Positions 14,268 through 22,849 of a stretch of 64,000 bases of DNA are shown one piece after another. The DNA lies in assembly GCA_030673875.2 (NCBI GenBank), contig JAUTCT020000132.1:29080-93079 (forward strand). The letters run 5' to 3'. How positions within the stretch are numbered: position 1 is the first letter of the stretch; every line of letters begins with the position of its first letter. This DNA is from Verrucomicrobiota bacterium JB025 (GTDB taxonomy: Bacteria; Verrucomicrobiota; Verrucomicrobiia; Verrucomicrobiales; Akkermansiaceae). The notes under the pieces are model-generated. The model searched no databases and had not been told where the DNA came from. It was given only the letters and a program-made list of their open reading frames with translations. The position numbers and the translations under genes were made by a program.

Positions 14268-16946
14268 TCAATTGGTTCCCGGTTCTAATTCATCATTCGA
14301 CCCCGCCAATGGTCCCCCATGGGCTCGGGTTTCTGCCGCTCTACTACCCGGGTTTCCCTGCGCATCTGTCGGGATTTCCGCGGAATTCCGATCATCAGCC
14401 CGCGATTCCCGGTCCACCACCCGGTAGCGTCCGAAAAACACCCCGCCGGGTTTCCCGATCACCAGCGGAAGCGCGGCGTTCGAGTCCAGCGACACCCGGC
14501 CGGACGTCCCGCCCAGCAGGTCATCCAGCGCCAAGCGGGTGCCCGCCTTGAGGAATCGCAGCGGCATCGATGCCTCCGCCTCCTCATTGAGCCGCTCCCG
14601 GAACACCAGCAGATACCCGCTGCCCGAATCGGGATCCACCCATTGGAAACCAGCCCACGAGGCATTGTCCGGTTCACTGCCGACCGGAAAGACATAACTG
14701 CCGAACAAATCGTCGCGCACCGCACGGTATGACTTGAGCACCTCCTTGACCTCCGCCCTCTGCCCGGGCTCAAGCAGGCGGGTCGTCTGGAAAAACACCG
14801 GCAGACCGGGAAGCCCCAGCGCCACCGCATAGGTGTCCGAATACAGATGGGCGTCCGAAACCTTTTGATTCACCATGCGGAAATTCGACACCGGCAGCTC
14901 GAACTTCTGCGGGTTCAGGTAGCGCGCCAGCTCCCACACCTCGCGCAGCATCAGCCACGGCCGGGGCACCACACTCTCCGGCTTCATCGGCTTGCGGTTG
15001 GCCAACCATACGGACCCGCACTCGCGCGCCCAGAAATAACCGAACCGCGCCGCGTTTTCCGTCACGTCCCAGTTCACCCTCGCCTTGTGGCCGGAATGGG
15101 CCACCAGCGACCTGCCCTTGGCGAGATACTGCTCGACGCTGGAAAAATCCCGCAGACTCGCAAAGTCGAGCTTGAAGGTGGTGAACCCCGCACCATCGTA
15201 CGCCGACACCAGATCCTCCAGCGGCGCGCGCGCCGCAAACCACACGCCCAGATCAAGGTCGAGCTTGTCCGCCCGCTCGACCACTCGGCTCCACCCCTGT
15301 GGATACCAATCCGCGCGCGGCTGCCACTCGCGCTCCTCACGGCTCCGGTCCTTCTTCCGGCCATTCTGCCAGCCGTCATCGATCTGAATCGCATCCAGCC
15401 CGAGATCCGCGACGGAATCCATCTCGGCAAGCACCTCATCCTCGCTCGCCCGCGCCATCGATTCCGGCTGGTTGATTCCACTGCCCCAGGTGTTCGCCTT
15501 CAGGTAGGCGTCCCGCCCCGGCACCATCGGATAGCGCGTCCGGTCGAATCGCTTCAACGCGAGCTCGCGCAGGTCATCGGACGCCTCCGGATAGAGCACC
15601 ATCCAGGTCGCCCAGCACCATCGCCAGTCGGCGGCCAGCTGGCTTTCCGGCAGCCCCCGTCCGGTCACCGCCACGCCGCCCGCACCGGCCTCGAACCCGC
15701 CGGTATCCACACCCGCCTGGTTCACGCACTTGTGCGACTCCTTCACCAGCGCGACCCCGCCCCGCCCGTTCTCCAGGCAGAGGATGTTCGCCCAATCGAC
15801 CGATCCGGGCCCGACCACCTCATCCCGCACGAGGTGGGTGTCCGGCCGATGACGGTTCTGGGTATCGTTGAAGTAACCGATCGCCCGCAGTTCCGGCGCG
15901 CGCACCGGCAGGAAATCCGTTCGTTTTCCGCTCTTTCTGCCCGCCGGTTTCTGTTCGCTGCCACCGTCCAGATAGGCCAGCAACGAGCACCCCTCCGGCG
16001 CCATCCCTTCCAGTTCCCGCTTCCTCCCGGCATCGATCTCCAGCCGCCCGGCCCGCCCGGATCCATAGAGCCACGCTTCGCACAAAACCGCCGACGGCCC
16101 CATGAGGCGATCTACGATAATCGTCGTACTCCCGTCCAGATTGACCTGCCGCGGGATCTCGACCACCAGCGACTCCGCGCGGCGATGGTCCTCTTTCCAC
16201 CCCGGAAGCACCTGCGGCTTCACCAGCAGCGATCGCGCCTCACCATCGATGCTCGTCGCGACCACCCGCTGGCGCCGTCCACCGTTGCCGTAGTCCCACC
16301 ATGAAAACCCCAAATGATAGGTCCGCGATGGATCGAGCCCCTCGAACCGCAGCGTGATTCCCTTCTGCCCCTGGAGCGACCGCGCATGCCACACCGGAGC
16401 CACATCAAGCGCCGCACGCACCATGACCGGCCTCCCGGAAACCACGGAAATCCCCGGCCCGCCAACCTCACCGCCGGCCGTCCCACCGGCGGCGTCCTCC
16501 TGTTTCATCCAGAGCTGGGTCCGCATCCCCTCACTCCCGGGGTAGACCCACGTCTCATGCCGGACAACCCTGCCGCTGGCCGGATATCGAACGTCCGCCC
16601 GCACCCGCAGGTGCTCGCTGGTGAAGCCGTCGTCGTCGGATCGCTCCGCGGTCAACGAGACCAACTCCGCCGCCGGAAGCTCACTGCCCTCACCTTCCTC
16701 CCAATCGCACCCCGCGGGATCGCCATTCACCCATTCCCGTCCCGTCCTCTGGTCGACCACCGAAACCGTCGCCAGCCCGTGACCGGTCCAAAGCCAGCTG
16801 CGTTCCACGGTCCCGGTGCTCGCGGTGATCCGGTTTCCGGAGGAATGCACACGCGCCGGACCCAGCGACCCTGATATTTCGGGGACCGCGCCAAAACCGG
16901 CGCCCACCGAAACAACAATCATCAGTGCAATGGCTTGGATATTCAT
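14268..16946 (-). CDS. Secreted putative clan GH-D (GH36/GH27-like) glycoside hydrolase
   Basis: Signal peptide, KANTWGS, IQIDDGWQ, LGVWF, FKLDF (candidate nucleophile Asp) and a GH36-like C-terminal WAGFQ...GYLLVFRE. Alternative start at 16967. Confidence 0.62.
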   Translation of the reverse strand: MNIQAIALMIVVSVGAGFGAVPEISGSLGPARVHSSGNRITASTGTVERSWLWTGHGLATVSVVDQRTGREWVNGDPAGCDWEEGEGSELPAAELVSLTAERSDDDGFTSEHLRVRADVRYPASGRVVRHETWVYPGSEGMRTQLWMKQEDAAGGTAGGEVGGPGISVVSGRPVMVRAALDVAPVWHARSLQGQKGITLRFEGLDPSRTYHLGFSWWDYGNGGRRQRVVATSIDGEARSLLVKPQVLPGWKEDHRRAESLVVEIPRQVNLDGSTTIIVDRLMGPSAVLCEAWLYGSGRAGRLEIDAGRKRELEGMAPEGCSLLAYLDGGSEQKPAGRKSGKRTDFLPVRAPELRAIGYFNDTQNRHRPDTHLVRDEVVGPGSVDWANILCLENGRGGVALVKESHKCVNQAGVDTGGFEAGAGGVAVTGRGLPESQLAADWRWCWATWMVLYPEASDDLRELALKRFDRTRYPMVPGRDAYLKANTWGSGINQPESMARASEDEVLAEMDSVADLGLDAIQIDDGWQNGRKKDRSREEREWQPRADWYPQGWSRVVERADKLDLDLGVWFAARAPLEDLVSAYDGAGFTTFKLDFASLRDFSSVEQYLAKGRSLVAHSGHKARVNWDVTENAARFGYFWARECGSVWLANRKPMKPESVVPRPWLMLREVWELARYLNPQKFELPVSNFRMVNQKVSDAHLYSDTYAVALGLPGLPVFFQTTRLLEPGQRAEVKEVLKSYRAVRDDLFGSYVFPVGSEPDNASWAGFQWVDPDSGSGYLLVFRERLNEEAEASMPLRFLKAGTRLALDDLLGGTSGRVSLDSNAALPLVIGKPGGVFFGRYRVVDRESRADDRNSAEIPTDAQGNPGSRAAETRAHGGPLAGSNDELEPGTN

Positions 16947-17180
16947 CGATTCAAGTAGCACCCCCATTCACCCGTCCCCCCGACAATGAAGGAGGACTGC
17001 GTGGCCAGCTGCATTCAATACCCACTAGAACACCTGCTCCGGCCGAATCTTTACAGATCCGGAGACCTCCCCGGCCGGCGCAGCATTCCCCAGACCCGAA
17101 TCAGCCGCGGATTGAACCAAATGACGAGGGGCCGCCCCATCACGAGGCGACCCCAAAACTCGGGCCAATCCAACGAGCCC

Positions 17181-19460
17181 TCAGGGCCGCGTCACATTCA
17201 GGCGCACGAAGAGCTTGCCATCGACCGCATTGCTCAGCGGCACGGTGACATCCACCGCATCCGGATCACTCGAATCCACCGCGATGTCCGTCCAGCTCGC
17301 CAGATCCGTCGACCACTGCACGGTCTGCGTCGTGGTGGTTTTGGAATCCGCCGTGCGGGTGTAGGAGAACGTCAGGTTCGTCTCATCCATCGCAAGCGTC
17401 GGCAGAATCGCCGGGTCCGAAACCAGCGGATCGCCGCCGAGCACGAACTCAAGACCGTTGGCGATCCCGTCGCCATCCGCGTCCTCATCAAAGCCGGCGG
17501 CCGCGCCGGGATCAATGCTGGTGATGTTGGTGGCGGCCCAGGAAACATACGCATCCCCGGTCGAGGTGTAGTCCAGCAGCAGGTCCAGACCGTCCACCCG
17601 CACGCTCCAGGTGCCGGTGCCGGCGGTGAAGCCGGACGCGTCCACCGTGAAGTCGGCGTCGGTGGCGGACATCGTGCCATCCACGGTGCCGATGATGAAA
17701 CTGTTGCTCGCTTCCGAAAAGTTGGTGATCGCCGAATCATCAATCACCACCGTGACCGACGGCTGCGCGGCGGAAACGGTGAAGTCACCGGTCACATACA
17801 ACTGCGACCAGTCGATACCCTCGGCACCCGTCCAATCCCCGAATGACACCGTGTATTCGGTCGTGCTGCCGACTTCGGCCGTGAACGAATCGACCATCAT
17901 TAACTGGGACATCCCGAGCTTCAGCGTGGCACCGTCCGCGACGGTGACAGCACCGCAAGTTTCATTTGCGACGAGCAACAGCGTGCCGGCCTCGACCGTG
18001 ATGTCTCCCAATGCGTCGGTGGTGTAGCCGGTCAGCGCCCGATCCAGTTCCTGGGTGCCCTCCCCTTGTTTGACGATGGAGAGAGGCTGATCACCGACGA
18101 CGTTTCCGTAGTAGCTGTAGGTTTCTCCTGCAGCAACATTGATGGTCAAGGTCGATGGCCCCTCGCGGCTGTCGATCTGGCGGGTGTTGTTGGAGCTGGT
18201 ATAGAGCCCCGCAATCGTCTGATCGAATCCCATCGGCTCGAATTCGGCAGTCCCCTTGCCGCCGATGTTCAATACCGTCGTGGCCGGAAGCGCATTGTCG
18301 ATCCCGATCTGGAGCCTCCCCTGATAGATGTTGGTTTCTCCGGAGTAGTCCGAGGTATCACCTGTCAGAATCAGGGTATTTCCATCCGCCCCCGATTCGC
18401 GCCCGATCTGCAAGACCCCGGTGCCAGTGATGGTGCCGCCATAGGTATTGGGAGCACCGGTGCTGACGATGATACCGCCATTGTCGAGCGTGATACCGCG
18501 GTTGGGATGGATCGTCACGTCCTGCATCTTCAGTTCACCGCTATTGCGCAACGTAATGTAATCCGACACGAACGTTGCTGGAACCGCGCCAAATGCGCCG
18601 TCACCGATCCCGTTCGGAACCTGAACCTCCGTACGGTTGTTCTCCGCGTCCACCACAATGCCGCCGGAGAACGTATTGCCGGAGTTCTTGAGCTGCACGA
18701 ATTTGCCACCCAAGTTGGTGGCCCGTAACGTTCCTTCTCCGCTGATGACCCCGGTCAGGTACATACTTCTGTTCCAGCGGTTGGCGAAGGAAACCGTCCC
18801 GGAACCCAGTTCCCAGTTGTTGGCGTATGCCATGTCAGCATTCCGCTCGTGAACGTAGGTGCAGTCGCCCGACAGCTTGACGGTGTCAAACGTGCCAATC
18901 GAGCCGGGATTGCCGCGCACGACGGTCGGATCAAGCACATCAAGAGTCGCACCGGTCGCCGTCCAGTTGGCCCCACCGGGTTTCTCCCCCGTATCAAATA
19001 CACCGCCGCCGAAAATCGTCAGCGTGTCGCCCGGGGAAATCGACAGCGGGGTGTCATTGTTCAGGTCGTTGACAAACTCGATCTCGCGCTCACCCGTGTC
19101 CCACTCGGCGCCACCAGCGGCGATGGTGATCAGCCCCAGGTTGTCGGTCGCGGACTTGAAGGTCACTTTATCCGTCCCCAGATCAAGCCACAAGTCGCCG
19201 ACGGTGACACCGCCATCAGCGATCGTCACCGTGTAGTTTGCGCCGAAATCAGGGAAAAACGCCTCTTGGGATCCCGTGTTGTCCCAAACGACATTGCTGC
19301 CACTGTCGTCCCAGTTTGCCGTGGTAAGATCCCAGTCTCCGTTGCCGGCTGTGTCGGCCGGATTCCAGGTGAGTTGGCCGTAAGAAGCCGATGAAAGGGC
19401 CAGGAGCAACGGTGCCACTCGACCCATTTGTCCGAAAATTCGGGTACAATGGTTTTTCAT
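17181..19460 (-). CDS. Autotransporter-associated beta-strand repeat (PATR) surface protein without a beta-barrel
   Basis: Signal peptide, Gly/Thr/Asn-rich repeats (NTFSGGIVV, DYSGETNIYQGRLQIG, VKQGEGTQEL) and C-terminal DADGDGIANGLEFVLGGDP...DGKLFVRLNVTRP. Confidence 0.85.
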   Translation of the reverse strand: MKNHCTRIFGQMGRVAPLLLALSSASYGQLTWNPADTAGNGDWDLTTANWDDSGSNVVWDNTGSQEAFFPDFGANYTVTIADGGVTVGDLWLDLGTDKVTFKSATDNLGLITIAAGGAEWDTGEREIEFVNDLNNDTPLSISPGDTLTIFGGGVFDTGEKPGGANWTATGATLDVLDPTVVRGNPGSIGTFDTVKLSGDCTYVHERNADMAYANNWELGSGTVSFANRWNRSMYLTGVISGEGTLRATNLGGKFVQLKNSGNTFSGGIVVDAENNRTEVQVPNGIGDGAFGAVPATFVSDYITLRNSGELKMQDVTIHPNRGITLDNGGIIVSTGAPNTYGGTITGTGVLQIGRESGADGNTLILTGDTSDYSGETNIYQGRLQIGIDNALPATTVLNIGGKGTAEFEPMGFDQTIAGLYTSSNNTRQIDSREGPSTLTINVAAGETYSYYGNVVGDQPLSIVKQGEGTQELDRALTGYTTDALGDITVEAGTLLLVANETCGAVTVADGATLKLGMSQLMMVDSFTAEVGSTTEYTVSFGDWTGAEGIDWSQLYVTGDFTVSAAQPSVTVVIDDSAITNFSEASNSFIIGTVDGTMSATDADFTVDASGFTAGTGTWSVRVDGLDLLLDYTSTGDAYVSWAATNITSIDPGAAAGFDEDADGDGIANGLEFVLGGDPLVSDPAILPTLAMDETNLTFSYTRTADSKTTTTQTVQWSTDLASWTDIAVDSSDPDAVDVTVPLSNAVDGKLFVRLNVTRP

Positions 19461-19479
19461 AAGGTTTTTCAGGTTTTGC

Positions 19480-19495
19480 AGGTTTTGGTGGGTTT
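19480..19495. repeat. Left arm of a perfect 16-bp inverted repeat (AGGTTTTGGTGGGTTT)
   Basis: Exact reverse complement of 19846-19861. Confidence 0.9.
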
Positions 19496-19626
19496 ATTGG
19501 GTTTCCAACGGTGGGAGCCATCGGAAAAACCAGCGAAGTCCTTCGAGAGAAGGCCTTGGGGTTTGCAACCCAAACATCATTCGGACGTCCAGTGGAGCCA
19601 AAATCCCCGAATCCGCCAATTTTTTC

Positions 19627-19655
19627 ACCATACTCCAAAATTTGCCTGTTGCCAA
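19627..19655 (-). promoter_or_regulatory. Candidate sigma70 promoter facing the left PATR gene
   Basis: Minus strand reads TTGGCA-N17-TATGGT. Sequence match only. Confidence 0.4.
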
Positions 19656-19845
19656 ACCACGCGGTTCGCCCCGCTGAATGCGCCAGCCACGGGCACCGCA
19701 ATGCCCCCGCCCCCCCCGCTCCCGGCGAAACGAAAAAAAAATCGCATTTCCGAGTATAGATCCGCTCTGCCCGGGTGTTCTCTATCATGAAGGGGAATGA
19801 ATGACCGGTGCCTTTGGCCCTCGTCGCTTCGATTGTTTCATTCCC

Positions 19846-19861
19846 AAACCCACCAAAACCT
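19846..19861. repeat. Right arm of the 16-bp inverted repeat (AAACCCACCAAAACCT)
   Basis: Exact reverse complement of 19480-19495. Confidence 0.9.
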
Positions 19862-19992
19862 TACCAACCCAAACAAACCCACTGACGCTCCGGCACATTC
19901 GCCGGTGCCCGCGGCTCCGAGTACCCAACTCACCCGCCACCAACCCATCCAAAATCCATCATCATTCCAAAATCCTACATAAATCCAACATC

Positions 19993-22716
19993 ATGAAAAA
20001 CCGCCGACACTCGTTCCCGCCCTCCCTGCGCACCCTTTCCTCACTCGCCATTCTGGCACTCACCGGAGCAGGCGCTCAAGCCGCCGACCTCACCTGGATC
20101 GGCCCCGCCGACCCCGACACCGGAGTCTGGGACGTCGGCACCACGGCAAACTGGAACGACGGAGCCTCCGACACCACATGGACCGACGGTGACAATGCAA
20201 TCTTCACCGCCGGAAGCTACAACATCGACATCGCCGACGGCGGCGTCTTCATCAAGGACCTCACTTTCGGCGGAGGCGGCGAATTGCTTCTCAAATCCGT
20301 CACCGACAACGAAGGCATCATCGTCGTCGATTCCGGCGGTGGCACTTGGGACACCGGTGGTGGAACCATCTCGCTCTATAACCTCAACGACACGTTCGAC
20401 ACTCCGCTCGAAGTCGAAAGCGGTGACACCCTCACCATCGTCGGCGGCGGATCCTTCGACACCGGAGAAAACCCCACGGATGCCAACTGGATGGTCGAAG
20501 GGGCCATCCTCGACATCGCATCCGCAACAACAGTGCGGGGAAATTCCGGCAGCGTCGGACAGTTCGCCACCGTCAAAATGGCCGATGGCAGCACCTACCT
20601 GCACCGTCGCAACATGGATCAGACCTACGCGAACGATTGGGAATTGGGCGCGGGCACCATCACATTCGACAATTCCTACGCGAGGAGTATCACGCTGAGC
20701 GGTGTCATTTCCGGACCCGGAACCCTCAAGGCCGAGTCCATGGCCAATAAAATCCTCACTCTGTCAAACACCGGCAACACCTTCTCCGGCGGACTGACCG
20801 TCGGCGCCAACACAACGGTCCTGATCACCGACGTCGCCCAAATGGGCGATGCGGCCGGGGACCTCACCCTCAGCGATGGAGGCATCGTCAAATTGCAGGG
20901 AGGCATTGACTTGGGAAGCACCCGCGAAATCGTCCTGACCGGCACCGGCGGCGCCATCGTCAACGCCGGCGTCAACTTCTTCTCGGGAAACATCACCGGT
21001 TCCGGCGATTTCCAAGTCGGTGATGACATCCACTATGGCAATACCAACGTCATCACGCTGTCCGGCACGGCTGATTACACCGGCGCCACCAATATTCGCG
21101 TGGGAAGCGTGAAACTCGGTGCGGATGAAGCGCTCAATAGCGGGGTCATGACCATCGGCGGGGCGAACACCGCCCGTCTCGTCCTCGATGGACATACCCA
21201 GACCATTGGCGGCCTGCTCAACGTCGGGAGCAAGACCAAGCAAATCGTCAACCTCAATGCCACCACCACAGACAGCACTCCCGGCACACTCATTTTCGAT
21301 GTCGCGGAGGGTGCTGATTATTCCGCCGGATCGGCTACCGGAGTCGTCGCTACGGACGACCGCGGCAACTTCAGCATCATCAAAAACGGACTGGGCAGCC
21401 AGACCCTCGGCAACGTGACCATCAGCGGCGACGCCACCGTCAACGAAGGAACCCTCACGATCGGTAATTCCAACGGAACCTGTACCGTCCTCGGCCAGGC
21501 CACCGTGACCGGCGGAACCCTCGCCATCGCAGAGGAAATGATCGGCCTCACCTCGATCGATGTCACCGGTGGTGGCACCTTGCGGATCAGCGCCGACAAC
21601 TACCTCGGCGACCTCGCCGCTCCGATCACCCTCGACGGCGGCACACTGAATGTCCAAATGGAAAACAGCACCGGCGGCAGCTTCGAGATCGACTCCAGCC
21701 GCCCGATCATCCTCGGTGCCGACGGAGGAACCATTCAGACCACCACCCCGAGCGGTGCCTGGTACGTCGCCTACAACGGCGAGATCTCCGGAACCGGCTC
21801 ACTCGTGAAGTCCGCGGGCCAAACCCTCGAACTCGGTGGCGAAAACACCTACACCGGCGCGACCACCATCAGCGGAGGAACCCTCCGCCTGACCGGCAGC
21901 CTCGCATCCGATGTCACCGTGCAGGGTGGCAGCACCTTCCTCGCCGGTGACTCCGCAACCGGAACCGGAACAGGAACCCTGCCCTCGCTCACGCTGGAAG
22001 CCGGTGCCAGAATGGTCAGCGTCCTCGACACCGATTTGGAAGACGCCGGCATGGCGATCGTTTCCGGCGCGGTGACGATCGACCCGACCGCGACTCTCGC
22101 AGTGGCTGACCGCGGCACCGGCGAGATCATCGCCATCGGCACCAAGTTCACCCTCATCGACTACGCCGGCGGCTCCCTCACCGGCACCTTCGACGGACTG
22201 GCCGACGGCTCCACCATCACCGTCGGATCCAACCTGTTCGTCATCGACTACAACGACGACGAAACCCCGGACACCGTCACCCTCACCTCCGCCGGCAGTG
22301 CGAATCCCTACACCCTCTGGGTGGATGAATTCACCAACCTGACCGACTCGAGCTTCCCGCTCGACTTCGACAACGGCGGACTCTCCACCGGAGTTGAATA
22401 CGTCGTCGGCGGGGATCCGACCCTCGGATCGGACGACGCCAAACTGGCGCCCTCCGCCGTGAACACCGGAACCACGCTCGAGTTCACCTTCCGCCGCACC
22501 GACCTCGCAAACGAAGATGCCAACACCACGATCACCGTGGAATACGGCTCCGACCTGCTGGGCTGGACCACCGCGGCCGATGGAGTCGACGGCATCGTCA
22601 TCACCGAAACCGACAACTTCTACGAAGAAGGCGTCGACCAGGTCATCGTCAGCCTGCCTGCCGCACTTGCGACCGACGGCAAAATCTTCGCACGCCTGAA
22701 CGTCGAACAACCCTAA
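19993..22716 (+). CDS. PATR beta-strand repeat surface protein, paralog of 17181-19460
   Basis: Signal peptide MKNRRHSF...GAQA, repeats NTFSGGLTV, DYTGATNIRVGSVKLG and LVKSAGQTLELGGENTYTGATTISGGTLRL, and C-terminal GVEYVVGGDP...DGKIFARLNVEQP. Confidence 0.88.
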   Translation: MKNRRHSFPPSLRTLSSLAILALTGAGAQAADLTWIGPADPDTGVWDVGTTANWNDGASDTTWTDGDNAIFTAGSYNIDIADGGVFIKDLTFGGGGELLLKSVTDNEGIIVVDSGGGTWDTGGGTISLYNLNDTFDTPLEVESGDTLTIVGGGSFDTGENPTDANWMVEGAILDIASATTVRGNSGSVGQFATVKMADGSTYLHRRNMDQTYANDWELGAGTITFDNSYARSITLSGVISGPGTLKAESMANKILTLSNTGNTFSGGLTVGANTTVLITDVAQMGDAAGDLTLSDGGIVKLQGGIDLGSTREIVLTGTGGAIVNAGVNFFSGNITGSGDFQVGDDIHYGNTNVITLSGTADYTGATNIRVGSVKLGADEALNSGVMTIGGANTARLVLDGHTQTIGGLLNVGSKTKQIVNLNATTTDSTPGTLIFDVAEGADYSAGSATGVVATDDRGNFSIIKNGLGSQTLGNVTISGDATVNEGTLTIGNSNGTCTVLGQATVTGGTLAIAEEMIGLTSIDVTGGGTLRISADNYLGDLAAPITLDGGTLNVQMENSTGGSFEIDSSRPIILGADGGTIQTTTPSGAWYVAYNGEISGTGSLVKSAGQTLELGGENTYTGATTISGGTLRLTGSLASDVTVQGGSTFLAGDSATGTGTGTLPSLTLEAGARMVSVLDTDLEDAGMAIVSGAVTIDPTATLAVADRGTGEIIAIGTKFTLIDYAGGSLTGTFDGLADGSTITVGSNLFVIDYNDDETPDTVTLTSAGSANPYTLWVDEFTNLTDSSFPLDFDNGGLSTGVEYVVGGDPTLGSDDAKLAPSAVNTGTTLEFTFRRTDLANEDANTTITVEYGSDLLGWTTAADGVDGIVITETDNFYEEGVDQVIVSLPAALATDGKIFARLNVEQP

Positions 22717-22773
22717 CACGAACACCCGCCGGTTCCGCCCGCAACCACGTGGCGCGGATCCGGTGAGTCCGGC

Positions 22774-22821
22774 AAACACCCGTCCCCTGGATGTCATTTC
22801 CAGCGGGCGGGTGTTTTGTTT
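22774..22821. terminator. Bidirectional rho-independent terminator
   Basis: AAACACCCGTCCC-CTGGA...TCCAG-C-GGGCGGGTGTTT followed by TGTTT, between convergent genes. Confidence 0.8.
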
Positions 22822-22849
22822 CCACCCCCGGACGATTCACGCCGCAGCG

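Noticed and set aside
19511-19982. Small ORFs in the PATR intergenic region
   Set aside because: Mutually overlapping, low-complexity, and without RBS or motif support.
17181-22716. PATR proteins as classical type V autotransporters
   Set aside because: No C-terminal beta-barrel; both end in a short non-barrel domain with terminal Pro.
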